In this document: piece after piece, positions 24,644 through 33,020 of the stretch
Layout of the letters: each line of letters opens with the position of its first letter
Numbering within the stretch: position 1 is the stretch's first letter
Assembly: GCA_042218075.1 (NCBI GenBank)
Contig: JBDGRK010000018.1
Span: 1,388 to 65,387 of the forward strand
Source: Candidatus Nanohaloarchaea archaeon
GTDB taxonomy: Archaea; Nanohalarchaeota; Nanosalinia; Nanosalinales; Nanosalinaceae
DNA: 64,000 nucleotides
Reading direction: 5' to 3'
Notes under the pieces: generated by a model
What the model was told of the DNA's origin: nothing
Seen by the model: only the letters and a program-made list of their open reading frames with translations
Database searches by the model: none
Program-made: the position numbers and the translations under genes

Positions 24644-24725
24644 TAAAGAGGTTGAAGATCTTAAAAAATTCTCACCTCTAACTCACAACGCTCTCTTTAA
24701 ATGGGAGCGGCGGGAAATCAGTTAC

Positions 24726-27700
24726 ATGAAGAGCGTACTGTGGTTCGGCGAAATCGACGCTGACGACACTTCCAGAGTCGGAGGAAAAAGCGCAAACCTT
24801 GGAGAGCTGAAAAACGAGGTGGAAGTGCCGGTACTTCCTGGCTTCGCCACCACGAGCGACGCATACGACAAGTTCATACACGACACGGAGCTCAGGGACA
24901 AGATTGAGAGGCTCCTCAATGGGCTTGACACGGACGATGTGACAGAGCTGCAGAACCGGGGAGAAAAGATAAGAGCGCATATCAAGGAGGCGGAGATGCC
25001 GAAAGAGCTGAGGGAAGACTTCATCGAGGCATACGAGGGGCTGGAGGAAAGACTAGGGGTGGAAAACCCTAACGTTGCTGTCAGAAGTTCAGCAACAGCC
25101 GAGGACTTGCCTGGAGCGTCATTCGCAGGGCAGCAGGATACCTACCTCAACGTCTCAGGTAAAAAGGATCTGATCAAGAGGATAAAGGACTGCTTCGCCT
25201 CCCTGTTCACCAACCGCGCTATATCCTATCGAGAGGACAAGGGATTCTCCCACTTTGACGTGAAGCTGAGCGCAGTGGTTCAAAAAATGGGAAGATCTGA
25301 TATTGGAGCGGCGGGAGTCATGTTCACGCTGGATCCGGACTCAGGTTTTGACGATGTGGTCACCATCAACGGGAGCTACGGACTCGGAGATATGGTGGTC
25401 GCGGGAGAGGTCAATCCCGACGAGTTCACTGTCTACAAGCGCAACCTCGGCATAATCGAGAAAAAGCTCGGAGACAAGGAAGTCAAGCTGGTAAAAAACG
25501 AGGACCACCAGCAGGAGGATGGAATGGAAAACAAGGAGGTAAAAGTTCCAAAAGATGAGAGGGAAAAGTTCTGCATCACCGACAACCAGGTGAAAGAACT
25601 CGCGAGATACGGCATACAGATAGAAGATCATTATGGAAAGCCGATGGACATCGAGTGGGTGTATGATGGTCAGACAAAGGAGATGTACATCGTCCAGGCG
25701 AGACCTGAAACAGTCCAAGCGGAGAAAGACGAGAATATAATCGAAGAGTACGAGCTTGAGGAGGAATCAGAGGTGATCCTGGAGGGAGAGGCAATAGGAT
25801 CGAAGATCGGCAAGGGAAAAGCCCACGTCCTGAACTCGCCGAAGCAGATCGACCAGTTCGAGGAAGGCGAAGTGTTAGTTACAGATATGACAGACCCGGA
25901 CTGGGAGCCGATCATGAAGAAAGCGGGCGCAATTATTACAAACAAGGGAGGAAGAACATGCTTCACTGGCGACACCAAAATCCTGACCTCGGAAGGATTC
26001 ATGACCATGGCGGAAGCCCATCAAAGATTCCAGGATGGAGAAGATTTCAAACTGCTTTCCTACGACTATGAAAGTAAAGAACCAGCCTGGAAAGAGATTA
26101 AGGAGTCAAGCGTTACAGAGCTGGAGGCGATTGAAATATCCTGCTCACAGACAGGCAGAGCGACGAAAAACACAATAGGATTGACAAAAGACCACAGGAT
26201 GTACACATACGACGGTAGAGAACTGGTGAAGAAAGAGATACAGGATATACTTGAGGAAGATGAACATGTAAGTCTCATAGATAATCTTCCGGAAGGCAGT
26301 AAGAAAGCTGAAGATTTAGCCTATCTGGCTGGCGTAGTGATATCAGATGGACATACATTCTCGAACGAGAGAAGGGGCGGAGTAACTATCACGCAGAAAA
26401 AGACAGATCATAAAAGCCAATTCATCGAGACTGTGAAATCAAAGTTTGAGGATTTATTCAGCTACACCCTGAAAGAACAGGAAAAAATTTCTTCCGGACG
26501 ATTCAAGTCCGAACAGAGAACGGTAGAAGGAGTGGCGACAGACTTCAGGTGCCACAGGCGAGATATAGCTGATATATTCATAGAGATAGAGGAGAGCCTA
26601 GATGAATGGGTGACAGAACTCGACAGGGAAAGTTCGAAGGAATTCCTGACCGGACTGCTCGATGGCGACGGTTCAATAAACGAAAACAGGCTCCATATAT
26701 ATATTGAGAAAGACCATATACTGAGAGGTGCGGTTCTTGCTTGCCTCAAACTTGGAATAGTCCCACAGGTCACCACAAACAGGGAAATCTGGAACCTGCA
26801 GATAGTGGAGAAACAAGAGGAACTGGTAGAGGCATGCGAGAGGATAGATGGAGAGACTGGCGAGAAAAAGCTCTCTCCGAAGCTTTTCTCTGCAAATCAG
26901 CTACTTGGAGATGTAGTGAATCAGGTTAACCACGAAGGGAAGATAAAACCATATGTCCAGAAAAACTTGCTGCTTGGAGAAGACAAGATCAGGAAGCGTG
27001 TTCTTCCACTGGCATCAGAAGAATTAGAGGAGAAGCTTGAAACCGTTCTGAATTCCAACATTAGAATGTACAGGGTTTCAAAACAGGAGGAACTCGGTGA
27101 AAAAAAGGTATACAACTTCGAGGTGGATGAGGAAGAAGAAATGGAGAAGAACTACATCGTATTCACGTCACACTATACTCCGCTACTTGTCTCCAACAGT
27201 CACGCAGCGATCGTGTCAAGAGAGATTGGCGTTCCAGCTGTGATCGGCACAGAGAACGCTACATCCAGATTAAAAGATGGACAGGAAGTCACTGTGGATT
27301 GTTCAAGCTCCACCGGAAAGATCTGGAAGGGCGAGCTGGAATACAATGTAGATGAACACCAACTCGATTCCATACCCGATACCGAGACAGACGTGCAGGT
27401 GAACATCGGGGAGCCCAGCGAGGTGTTCCACGTTGCGCAGCTCCCTGTCGACGGCGTGGGACTCGCGAGAGAGGAGTTTATCATTTCATCGCACGTCGGA
27501 GAGCATCCACTCCACCTTATAGAGGAGGATAGAGAGGAAGAGTACGTACAGGCATTGAGGGATGGACTGGGGAAAATCGGAGCAGCATTCTACCCCGACC
27601 AGGTTGTCGTAAGGTTAAGTGACTTCAAATCGGACGAGTACGCCCAGCTGGAGGGTGGAGAAGAATACGAGCCTGAAGAGGCGAACCCCATGCTCGGCTT

Positions 27701-28490
27701 CAGGGGCGCATCCAGATACTACGACAAAGTTTTCTCCAGGGCGTTCGAACTGGAGTGCAAAGCTCTCAGGAAGGCTATAGACGAGCTGGAGCTCGACAAC
27801 CTGACGATCATGGTGCCCTTCTGCCGGACAGTCGAGGAGGGAAAGAACGTGAGAGCCAAGATGAAGGAGTACGGCCTCGACGAGGGCGACATCGATGTCT
27901 ACGTCATGGCGGAAATACCCGCGAACATAATAAGGGCGGAAGAATTTGCAGAAGTCTTCGACGGCTTTTCAATCGGGACAAACGACCTCACCCAACTGAC
28001 GCTCGGGGTCGACCGCAACTCTGATAAGTTGAAAGAATTATTCGATGAGAGAGACTCTGCGGTAAAAGAATCCATCCGGAAGCTGATCCAGCGAGCCCAC
28101 TCGAAAGATAGACACGTCGGTATCTGCGGCGACGCACCCTCCACGCATGAAGGATACGCCGAGTTCCTGGTGGACAACAGGATCGACGCAATCTCAGTCT
28201 CTCCCGACGTCGCTCTCGAAACAATAATCAAAGTGAGTGAAGCAGAGGAGCAGAGAGAGGAATCTCCGAAGTTCGAGTTCGAGGTGGAAGGTATGATCGG
28301 AAAGTCCGCGGGCAAAGTCTACGAGGCGCTGGAGTCGCATGGAAAGACCACCGCGGAGAAGCTGAAGGATTACACACCTAAGACTGTCGATTCCGACGCA
28401 TTGAACCAGGCTCTTGGATGGCTGGCAAAGGAGGACAAAGTGAAGATTGAAAACGAGGAAGGACAGGTCAAGTTTACACTGAACAAGTAA
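24726..28490 (+). CDS. ppsA: Phosphoenolpyruvate synthase carrying an intein, with a C-terminal wHTH (DUF2582-like) extension
   Basis: VLWFGEIDADDTSRVGGKSANLGEL... (ATP-grasp N-terminus). GGRT|C...N|SHAAIVSREIGVPAVIG (phospho-His loop). ...FSIGTNDLTQL (PEP-utilising C-terminal domain). Confidence 0.9.
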   Translation: MKSVLWFGEIDADDTSRVGGKSANLGELKNEVEVPVLPGFATTSDAYDKFIHDTELRDKIERLLNGLDTDDVTELQNRGEKIRAHIKEAEMPKELREDFIEAYEGLEERLGVENPNVAVRSSATAEDLPGASFAGQQDTYLNVSGKKDLIKRIKDCFASLFTNRAISYREDKGFSHFDVKLSAVVQKMGRSDIGAAGVMFTLDPDSGFDDVVTINGSYGLGDMVVAGEVNPDEFTVYKRNLGIIEKKLGDKEVKLVKNEDHQQEDGMENKEVKVPKDEREKFCITDNQVKELARYGIQIEDHYGKPMDIEWVYDGQTKEMYIVQARPETVQAEKDENIIEEYELEEESEVILEGEAIGSKIGKGKAHVLNSPKQIDQFEEGEVLVTDMTDPDWEPIMKKAGAIITNKGGRTCFTGDTKILTSEGFMTMAEAHQRFQDGEDFKLLSYDYESKEPAWKEIKESSVTELEAIEISCSQTGRATKNTIGLTKDHRMYTYDGRELVKKEIQDILEEDEHVSLIDNLPEGSKKAEDLAYLAGVVISDGHTFSNERRGGVTITQKKTDHKSQFIETVKSKFEDLFSYTLKEQEKISSGRFKSEQRTVEGVATDFRCHRRDIADIFIEIEESLDEWVTELDRESSKEFLTGLLDGDGSINENRLHIYIEKDHILRGAVLACLKLGIVPQVTTNREIWNLQIVEKQEELVEACERIDGETGEKKLSPKLFSANQLLGDVVNQVNHEGKIKPYVQKNLLLGEDKIRKRVLPLASEELEEKLETVLNSNIRMYRVSKQEELGEKKVYNFEVDEEEEMEKNYIVFTSHYTPLLVSNSHAAIVSREIGVPAVIGTENATSRLKDGQEVTVDCSSSTGKIWKGELEYNVDEHQLDSIPDTETDVQVNIGEPSEVFHVAQLPVDGVGLAREEFIISSHVGEHPLHLIEEDREEEYVQALRDGLGKIGAAFYPDQVVVRLSDFKSDEYAQLEGGEEYEPEEANPMLGFRGASRYYDKVFSRAFELECKALRKAIDELELDNLTIMVPFCRTVEEGKNVRAKMKEYGLDEGDIDVYVMAEIPANIIRAEEFAEVFDGFSIGTNDLTQLTLGVDRNSDKLKELFDERDSAVKESIRKLIQRAHSKDRHVGICGDAPSTHEGYAEFLVDNRIDAISVSPDVALETIIKVSEAEEQREESPKFEFEVEGMIGKSAGKVYEALESHGKTTAEKLKDYTPKTVDSDALNQALGWLAKEDKVKIENEEGQVKFTLNK
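25959..27197 (+). mobile_element. 413-aa intein with a LAGLIDADG homing-endonuclease domain in ppsA
   Basis: It starts CFTGDTKILTSEG and ends ...VYNFEVD...YIVFTSHYTPLLVSN, followed by +1 Ser. LAGLIDADG blocks LAYLAGVVISDGH and FLTGLLDGDGS. It is inserted one residue before the catalytic His. Confidence 0.85.
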
Positions 28491-28519
28491 GTTCTATGTT
28501 TATTTAGAAACTGTATATC

Positions 28520-29587
28520 TTAAAGTTTCTCAAGATTCTGCTTGAGGTTTTCCATGTTAGAGGATATCTTCTCAACATCTTCCTTCAGGTTCTTCTTCTC
28601 CTGCCTCAACTCGGATATATCCTTCTTCAATCCCTTCTTTCTCTCCTTCAAGCTCGTTGTTTTCTCATCAAGCTTCTGGACCTTCGACTTGATCTTCTTT
28701 CCCTTCTTCTTCAGTTCCTGGATATCCTCTTCCTTACTTTCCTTTCTTTCTTCAAGTTCCTCGATCTCTTCCTTTACCTGCTTCTTCTGCTCTCTCAGGT
28801 CTTCAAGCTCGTCTTCAGCTCTCTTCGCCTTCTCCTTTGCCTTGACAGCCTTGGCAATCTTCTCGTCCATCTCGTTTACTTTTTCAAGCAGATCTCCTAT
28901 TTCCTCACTTTCACCGGCTGCACCTTTTTCTTCCTCCTCTGCATCATCCAGCTCAAGATCGATATCTTCCTGACCATCATCCTGCTCTTCAACATCTTCC
29001 TCAGAATCTTCCACATCAATTTCATCGTCTTCATCAAAGCTTATGTCGTCCCAATCCTCTTCTTCATCGAGATTATCTCCGGAGTCGGCTTCCCCGCTTT
29101 CCTCCTCTTCTTCAGCCTCAATGCTCGAGTCAACTTCTCCTCTCCCAGATTCTCCAGCCTCATCATCTTCATCCTGTTCTTCGTCAGGTTCCTCACCCGC
29201 ATCTTCTCCATTATCTTCATCATCCCTGTCTTCATCTTCCGATTCTCCATCTTCAGTCCCGGAGCCTTCAGCCTCCGCTTCACCGGCTTCAGAATCATCT
29301 TCACTCTCCTCATCAACATCTTTATCTTCATTATCTTCCTTGACGTCTTCTTTCTCATCCTTCTCATCCCCGGATTCCTCATCGGATTGATCTGATTCTT
29401 CCTCACCAGCTTCATCCGCGGTACTCCCTTCCGTAGTTTGCTCCTCGTTAGTTTCCTCTTCATTTTCTTCATCCTGCTTTCTCTCTGCCTCCTCCACCTC
29501 TTCCTCGGTATGCTCTTTCTCCTCGTGGAGTTCTAGCCCCTTCTTGCTGCTCATCTTTTCATCGCAGACAGGACAGATATAGGCCAT
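28520..29587 (-). CDS. C2H2 zinc-finger protein with a hyper-acidic low-complexity centre and a C-terminal coiled coil
   Basis: MAYICPVCDEKMSSKKGLELHEEKEH, then about 200 aa of D/E-rich sequence, then heptad-like ...EELEERKESKEEDIQELKKKGKK.... Confidence 0.6.
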   Translation of the reverse strand: MAYICPVCDEKMSSKKGLELHEEKEHTEEEVEEAERKQDEENEEETNEEQTTEGSTADEAGEEESDQSDEESGDEKDEKEDVKEDNEDKDVDEESEDDSEAGEAEAEGSGTEDGESEDEDRDDEDNGEDAGEEPDEEQDEDDEAGESGRGEVDSSIEAEEEEESGEADSGDNLDEEEDWDDISFDEDDEIDVEDSEEDVEEQDDGQEDIDLELDDAEEEEKGAAGESEEIGDLLEKVNEMDEKIAKAVKAKEKAKRAEDELEDLREQKKQVKEEIEELEERKESKEEDIQELKKKGKKIKSKVQKLDEKTTSLKERKKGLKKDISELRQEKKNLKEDVEKISSNMENLKQNLEKL

Positions 29588-29620
29588 AAAGAATTATTGC
29601 TGACTCCGTTAAAAAAGGTT

Positions 29621-30058
29621 TCAATCCTCGTATTCCTCTTCCAGCGTCTCGAGAAGGAAAGGTTCCTGCTGTTCAAGAGTATCCCTGTGCTGCTTCAATT
29701 TATGCCTTAGAAGGCTCTTATGGAGCGCGAACTTCTCCTCGCAGTAATCACATTGCTCGAGCTCACCTGAGTGAACATCCTTTTTGTGCTCCTGCAGAGC
29801 CCTGGAAGATCTGAACCTCTGCATGCACATGTCGCAGCGGTACACCCTTATATCATCAGGTTCTATCTCCCTCTTCTCGAACAGCTCCATCAGCTCGGCC
29901 GGATCAAAATCGCTATTTCTGGCCGATTCCAGGACTTCTGCCGCATCCTGATCAAGAATTCTCCGCTTCTCCTTTTCTACTTCATCATGGACCTCTGCCT
30001 GGTGAACATGTAGACCTCTCTCAGTGTCAAAACTGTCTCCACAAAAGCTACACTGCAT
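29621..30058 (-). CDS. Triple C2H2 zinc-finger protein
   Basis: CSFCGDSFDTERGLHVHQAEVH; YRCDMCMQRFRSSRALQEHKKDVH; CDYCEEKFALHKSLLRHKLKQH. Confidence 0.65.
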   Translation of the reverse strand: MQCSFCGDSFDTERGLHVHQAEVHDEVEKEKRRILDQDAAEVLESARNSDFDPAELMELFEKREIEPDDIRVYRCDMCMQRFRSSRALQEHKKDVHSGELEQCDYCEEKFALHKSLLRHKLKQHRDTLEQQEPFLLETLEEEYED

Positions 30059-30129
30059 GCAAACCTATTTTTTTGTCTTCAATATAAATATAATTAAAGA
30101 ATACAGAATGATATCCGGTATTTCTTATA

Positions 30130-30537
30130 TCAATCTATCCTCACGATACTGGTGTGCACCTGCTTCCCGTCATGTGCCAGTTCAACAAGATATCTTCCGG
30201 GGTCAATCCTGGCGGTCTCCGCATCGTAAACCGCTACTGACCGGCAGTTGTCGAAAAAGTCGGTTAAACTGCTCTCATTCCTGGCGACTACATCCAGATT
30301 AATCCTTCCATCGCTAAGCTGGTAGCGGTAGGACAGTTCTGTCTCGGGGTTCTCCACCGGGAAATGACCTTCGAAACTCAGTTTCCTGTTCTCCAGTTCG
30401 ACACTTGACCCGGATTGCCTTTCATACTGGCATTCAGTCTCGAGATCCGTAAACTCTATCCTTTCACTAGAAGTTCCCAGGTTAAGAATAATACCTACCA
30501 TCAGCAAGAAGCTGACAAAAATCCAAAATTTATTCAT
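30130..30537 (-). CDS. Hypothetical secreted or membrane-anchored protein
   Basis: N-terminal hydrophobic MNKFWIFVSFLLMVGIILNLG. No known motif. Confidence 0.5.
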   Translation of the reverse strand: MNKFWIFVSFLLMVGIILNLGTSSERIEFTDLETECQYERQSGSSVELENRKLSFEGHFPVENPETELSYRYQLSDGRINLDVVARNESSLTDFFDNCRSVAVYDAETARIDPGRYLVELAHDGKQVHTSIVRID

Positions 30538-30576
30538 ATTGTCCCTAATGGGTAATTAAAGTTAAATACCTGGTTT

Positions 30577-30594
30577 AATTTCTTGCAAGAAATT
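30577..30594. promoter_or_regulatory. Perfect 18-nt palindrome AATTTCTTGCAAGAAATT in a divergent intergenic region
   Basis: Read directly from the sequence. It lies between 30130-30537 (-) and 30790-31197 (+). Confidence 0.25.
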
Positions 30595-30789
30595 ATCGAG
30601 AAACTACTGAGCAGGAGTTATAATAACATCTCATGGGCTGGTAAGGAAATTTGACAGTCAACCAACTGTGCGTTCTACCTCCGGACCATACATCTGATTA
30701 CACTTCTTGTAACTCAGCGAGTTCGGTTTCAATACTACTTCCAGCAGCCCGGTATCGGATTGATAAAGATTCTTGCACACGAATTCCTT

Positions 30790-31197
30790 ATGGCTGTAAA
30801 ACTCTGGATGGTTTTCGAAGCTTTAGGACCGACCAAAGAAGCAGTTGAGGAATCCATGGCGGATCATGTGGAAACGCTTGGAGAGGACGAAGGTGTGAAA
30901 GTTGTGGAGAGGGAAGAGGGTCAGACGGAAGAGATGGAGGACCCGCATCCAAACATGGAGAAGGGATACTCGAAGGTTGTGGAGCTGAAGGCGGAGTTCG
31001 ACTCTTTCTCGCTGGCGATAGATACAGTTATCAACTACGGTCCCACCTATGTGCAGTTCGAGCAGCCGGAAACTTACAATCTTGATCTAAAGGAGGCGCA
31101 GGAGACCCTCCAGTCGGTGGCAAACATGATGCACAAGTACGCCCAGATGGGAGCCGGCGGCGTGGTGGTTTCCAGAGAGACTGATGAGAGCCCTTAA
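30790..31197 (+). CDS. Hypothetical acidic protein
   Basis: ORF from ATG 30790 (MAVKLWMVFEALGPTKEAVEES...). No motif recognised. Confidence 0.45.
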   Translation: MAVKLWMVFEALGPTKEAVEESMADHVETLGEDEGVKVVEREEGQTEEMEDPHPNMEKGYSKVVELKAEFDSFSLAIDTVINYGPTYVQFEQPETYNLDLKEAQETLQSVANMMHKYAQMGAGGVVVSRETDESP

Positions 31198-31216
31198 GCA
31201 TATAATTCTGTAGAAA

Positions 31217-32107
31217 ATGATGATTTCCATGAGGAAGATTCTGCCGGTTTTTCTGGCGATTTTACTGATCTATGGGGCTGCCGCCACGAGTATAGAGTCC
31301 GAGAAAATGGTCATGGACCTTGAGGACTCAAAGGCGAGTGTGAGGGTGGAAATCTCGGAACTTACCTCCTCCAACTTCCACTACATCACCGGCGCAGACG
31401 TGAAATCGGTGAAGTCTTCAAATCCCGGGATGTCCTGCAGGGTGGAGTCACAGTCGATAGGAGATGAGATAATCTGCGAGACAGACAGGAAGAGAAATTT
31501 CAGCGTGGAGCTCTCCTTTAAGTTCGAGGATATAGTCGATAAAAATGGAGAAAAAAACGTATTCAAGTATACGCATCCGATCTACAGGCCTACCGATAGG
31601 TTCAGGCTGAAGGTGATACTGCCTGAGGGCTCCGGCCTGATGAACGATGAGAACATCTCGAGATCCATATCTCCGGCAAAGGGAAATATAGGTAGCACGG
31701 GGAGGAGGATATTTGTGGAATGGGATCAGAAGCCGAGAATCGGAGAAACACTGAGCTACGAGGTCAGGTACGAGGAGTTCAAGACCAGGGGTAACGGGCT
31801 GAGAATCCTGGCCGCACTGTTACTCGTCCTGATTATCGCGCCACTAGTCTATCTTTACTGGAAGAGGCTTAATAGGGAGGAGATCGAGAAACTCTACTCA
31901 GAGCTTTCAGATGACCAGATGAAGATAGTGGAGATGCTGAGGGAAAACGATGGAGAGATGCTCCAGAAGGAAGTGGTTTCGGAATCAGATTACTCGAAGG
32001 CGAAGATATCGGGCCTGGTATCCGATCTTGTCGAAGAGGATATCGTGATAAAGGAGAAAGATGGAAGGAGCAACAAGCTGAAGATTTCAAGCAGCTTCAG
32101 CTACTGA
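31217..32107 (+). CDS. Membrane-associated protein with a C-terminal cytoplasmic wHTH (COG2512-like)
   Basis: Signal/TM at the N-terminus, a TM segment LRILAALLLVLIIAPLVYLYW, then LSDDQMKIVEMLRENDGEMLQKEVVSESDYSKAKISGLVSDLVEEDIVIKEK. Confidence 0.6.
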   Translation: MMISMRKILPVFLAILLIYGAAATSIESEKMVMDLEDSKASVRVEISELTSSNFHYITGADVKSVKSSNPGMSCRVESQSIGDEIICETDRKRNFSVELSFKFEDIVDKNGEKNVFKYTHPIYRPTDRFRLKVILPEGSGLMNDENISRSISPAKGNIGSTGRRIFVEWDQKPRIGETLSYEVRYEEFKTRGNGLRILAALLLVLIIAPLVYLYWKRLNREEIEKLYSELSDDQMKIVEMLRENDGEMLQKEVVSESDYSKAKISGLVSDLVEEDIVIKEKDGRSNKLKISSSFSY

Positions 32108-32382
32108 TCCGATACCGTGACCGGATACAGCGTGCTTCCACTCTCGTCAATCTTCCTGCAGACACATCTCAGTCTGGAGGATTCGTTAACTTTTTCTGAA
32201 AGATTGACCTCAAGAACTCCAGGCGGATAACAACCGATAGATCCGTTAAACTTCTGCTGCTGTCTCGCCTCATCCTCGATCGAGCTGCAGTAGGAGGATC
32301 CTGAACTAACCAGATTTTGACCCAAGAAACCTGCCCCGAAACCGATAAAGGCCAGAGCAGCCAGAGCAACTTGTTTCTTCAT
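32101..32382 (-). CDS. Small secreted or membrane protein
   Basis: MKKQVALAALAFIGFGAGFLG signal. It is the last gene of the GT2 operon and overlaps the upstream gene by 4 nt. Confidence 0.4.
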   Translation of the reverse strand: MKKQVALAALAFIGFGAGFLGQNLVSSGSSYCSSIEDEARQQQKFNGSIGCYPPGVLEVNLSEKVNESSRLRCVCRKIDESGSTLYPVTVSDQ

Positions 32383-33020
32383 TCTATCACACTCCTGAGC
32401 CTCTTTAGTGAGACATATTCCCTGAAAGTCCTGTTTCCATTCACAACTACTGTAGGTCCATCAGTTACGTTGAAATCCTGCTTCAGTATCTCCATCACGG
32501 TGGAGTTTTTCGTATCCAGGTTGTAGCTGAAAATGTAGGTTTCATTGTCTACCTCTTCCCTGTACTCCGTGAGAACCGTTCCCTGCCTCTGTGACTGGAT
32601 TGATTCGTCGAAGAAGAAAAATATCGTGGTGGTGCTTGCGTTGCACCTTTTGTTGTACCCCTGTATTGTATTGTATAGCCTCAGCTGGTTCACATAGTAT
32701 TCCTCCTTCAGCAGCTTGTATCTCGCCCTGTTGCTGACGCTCTTGCTCGAGAAAGACTGTAGATCCCGCCCTATCTGTGCGTTTTTCTCCGCGATGTCGG
32801 GGATCTGCCTCGACACAACCTCGCAGTAGTTTTTGCTGGATTCGGAGAGATATTTTTCCGTCACCACGAAGGTCTGGGATCTGAGGCTTGATTCCTCAAG
32901 CTGCTGCTGTATGAAATCAGTTCTCATGTCGTCTGCCTGTAGCCCGGCCAGCAGACCAACCAGTAGTATGAGCAGGGTTATACTTCCTGCCTTCAGCATC
33001 GATTTCTTGACTAGTTCCAT
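32379..33020 (-). CDS. Membrane-anchored hypothetical protein
   Basis: N-terminal TM AGSITLLILLVGLLAGL. It overlaps the 3' end of the GT2 gene by 10 nt. Confidence 0.5.
   Translation of the reverse strand: MELVKKSMLKAGSITLLILLVGLLAGLQADDMRTDFIQQQLEESSLRSQTFVVTEKYLSESSKNYCEVVSRQIPDIAEKNAQIGRDLQSFSSKSVSNRARYKLLKEEYYVNQLRLYNTIQGYNKRCNASTTTIFFFFDESIQSQRQGTVLTEYREEVDNETYIFSYNLDTKNSTVMEILKQDFNVTDGPTVVVNGNRTFREYVSLKRLRSVIE

Noticed and set aside
24678-28315. Numerous antisense or out-of-frame ORFs overlapping ppsA, for example 24678-24980 -, 25341-25718 -, 27899-28315 -.
   Set aside because: The ppsA frame is unambiguous, with conserved motifs along its whole length, and the others have no recognisable features.
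28542-29472. Long alternative-frame and antisense ORFs (28542-28973 +, 29043-29390 +, 29041-29472 -) within the acidic zinc-finger gene.
   Set aside because: They are low-complexity S/F-rich or K/R/M-rich translations produced by the GA-rich repeat of the real D/E-rich frame, which makes them typical shadow ORFs.
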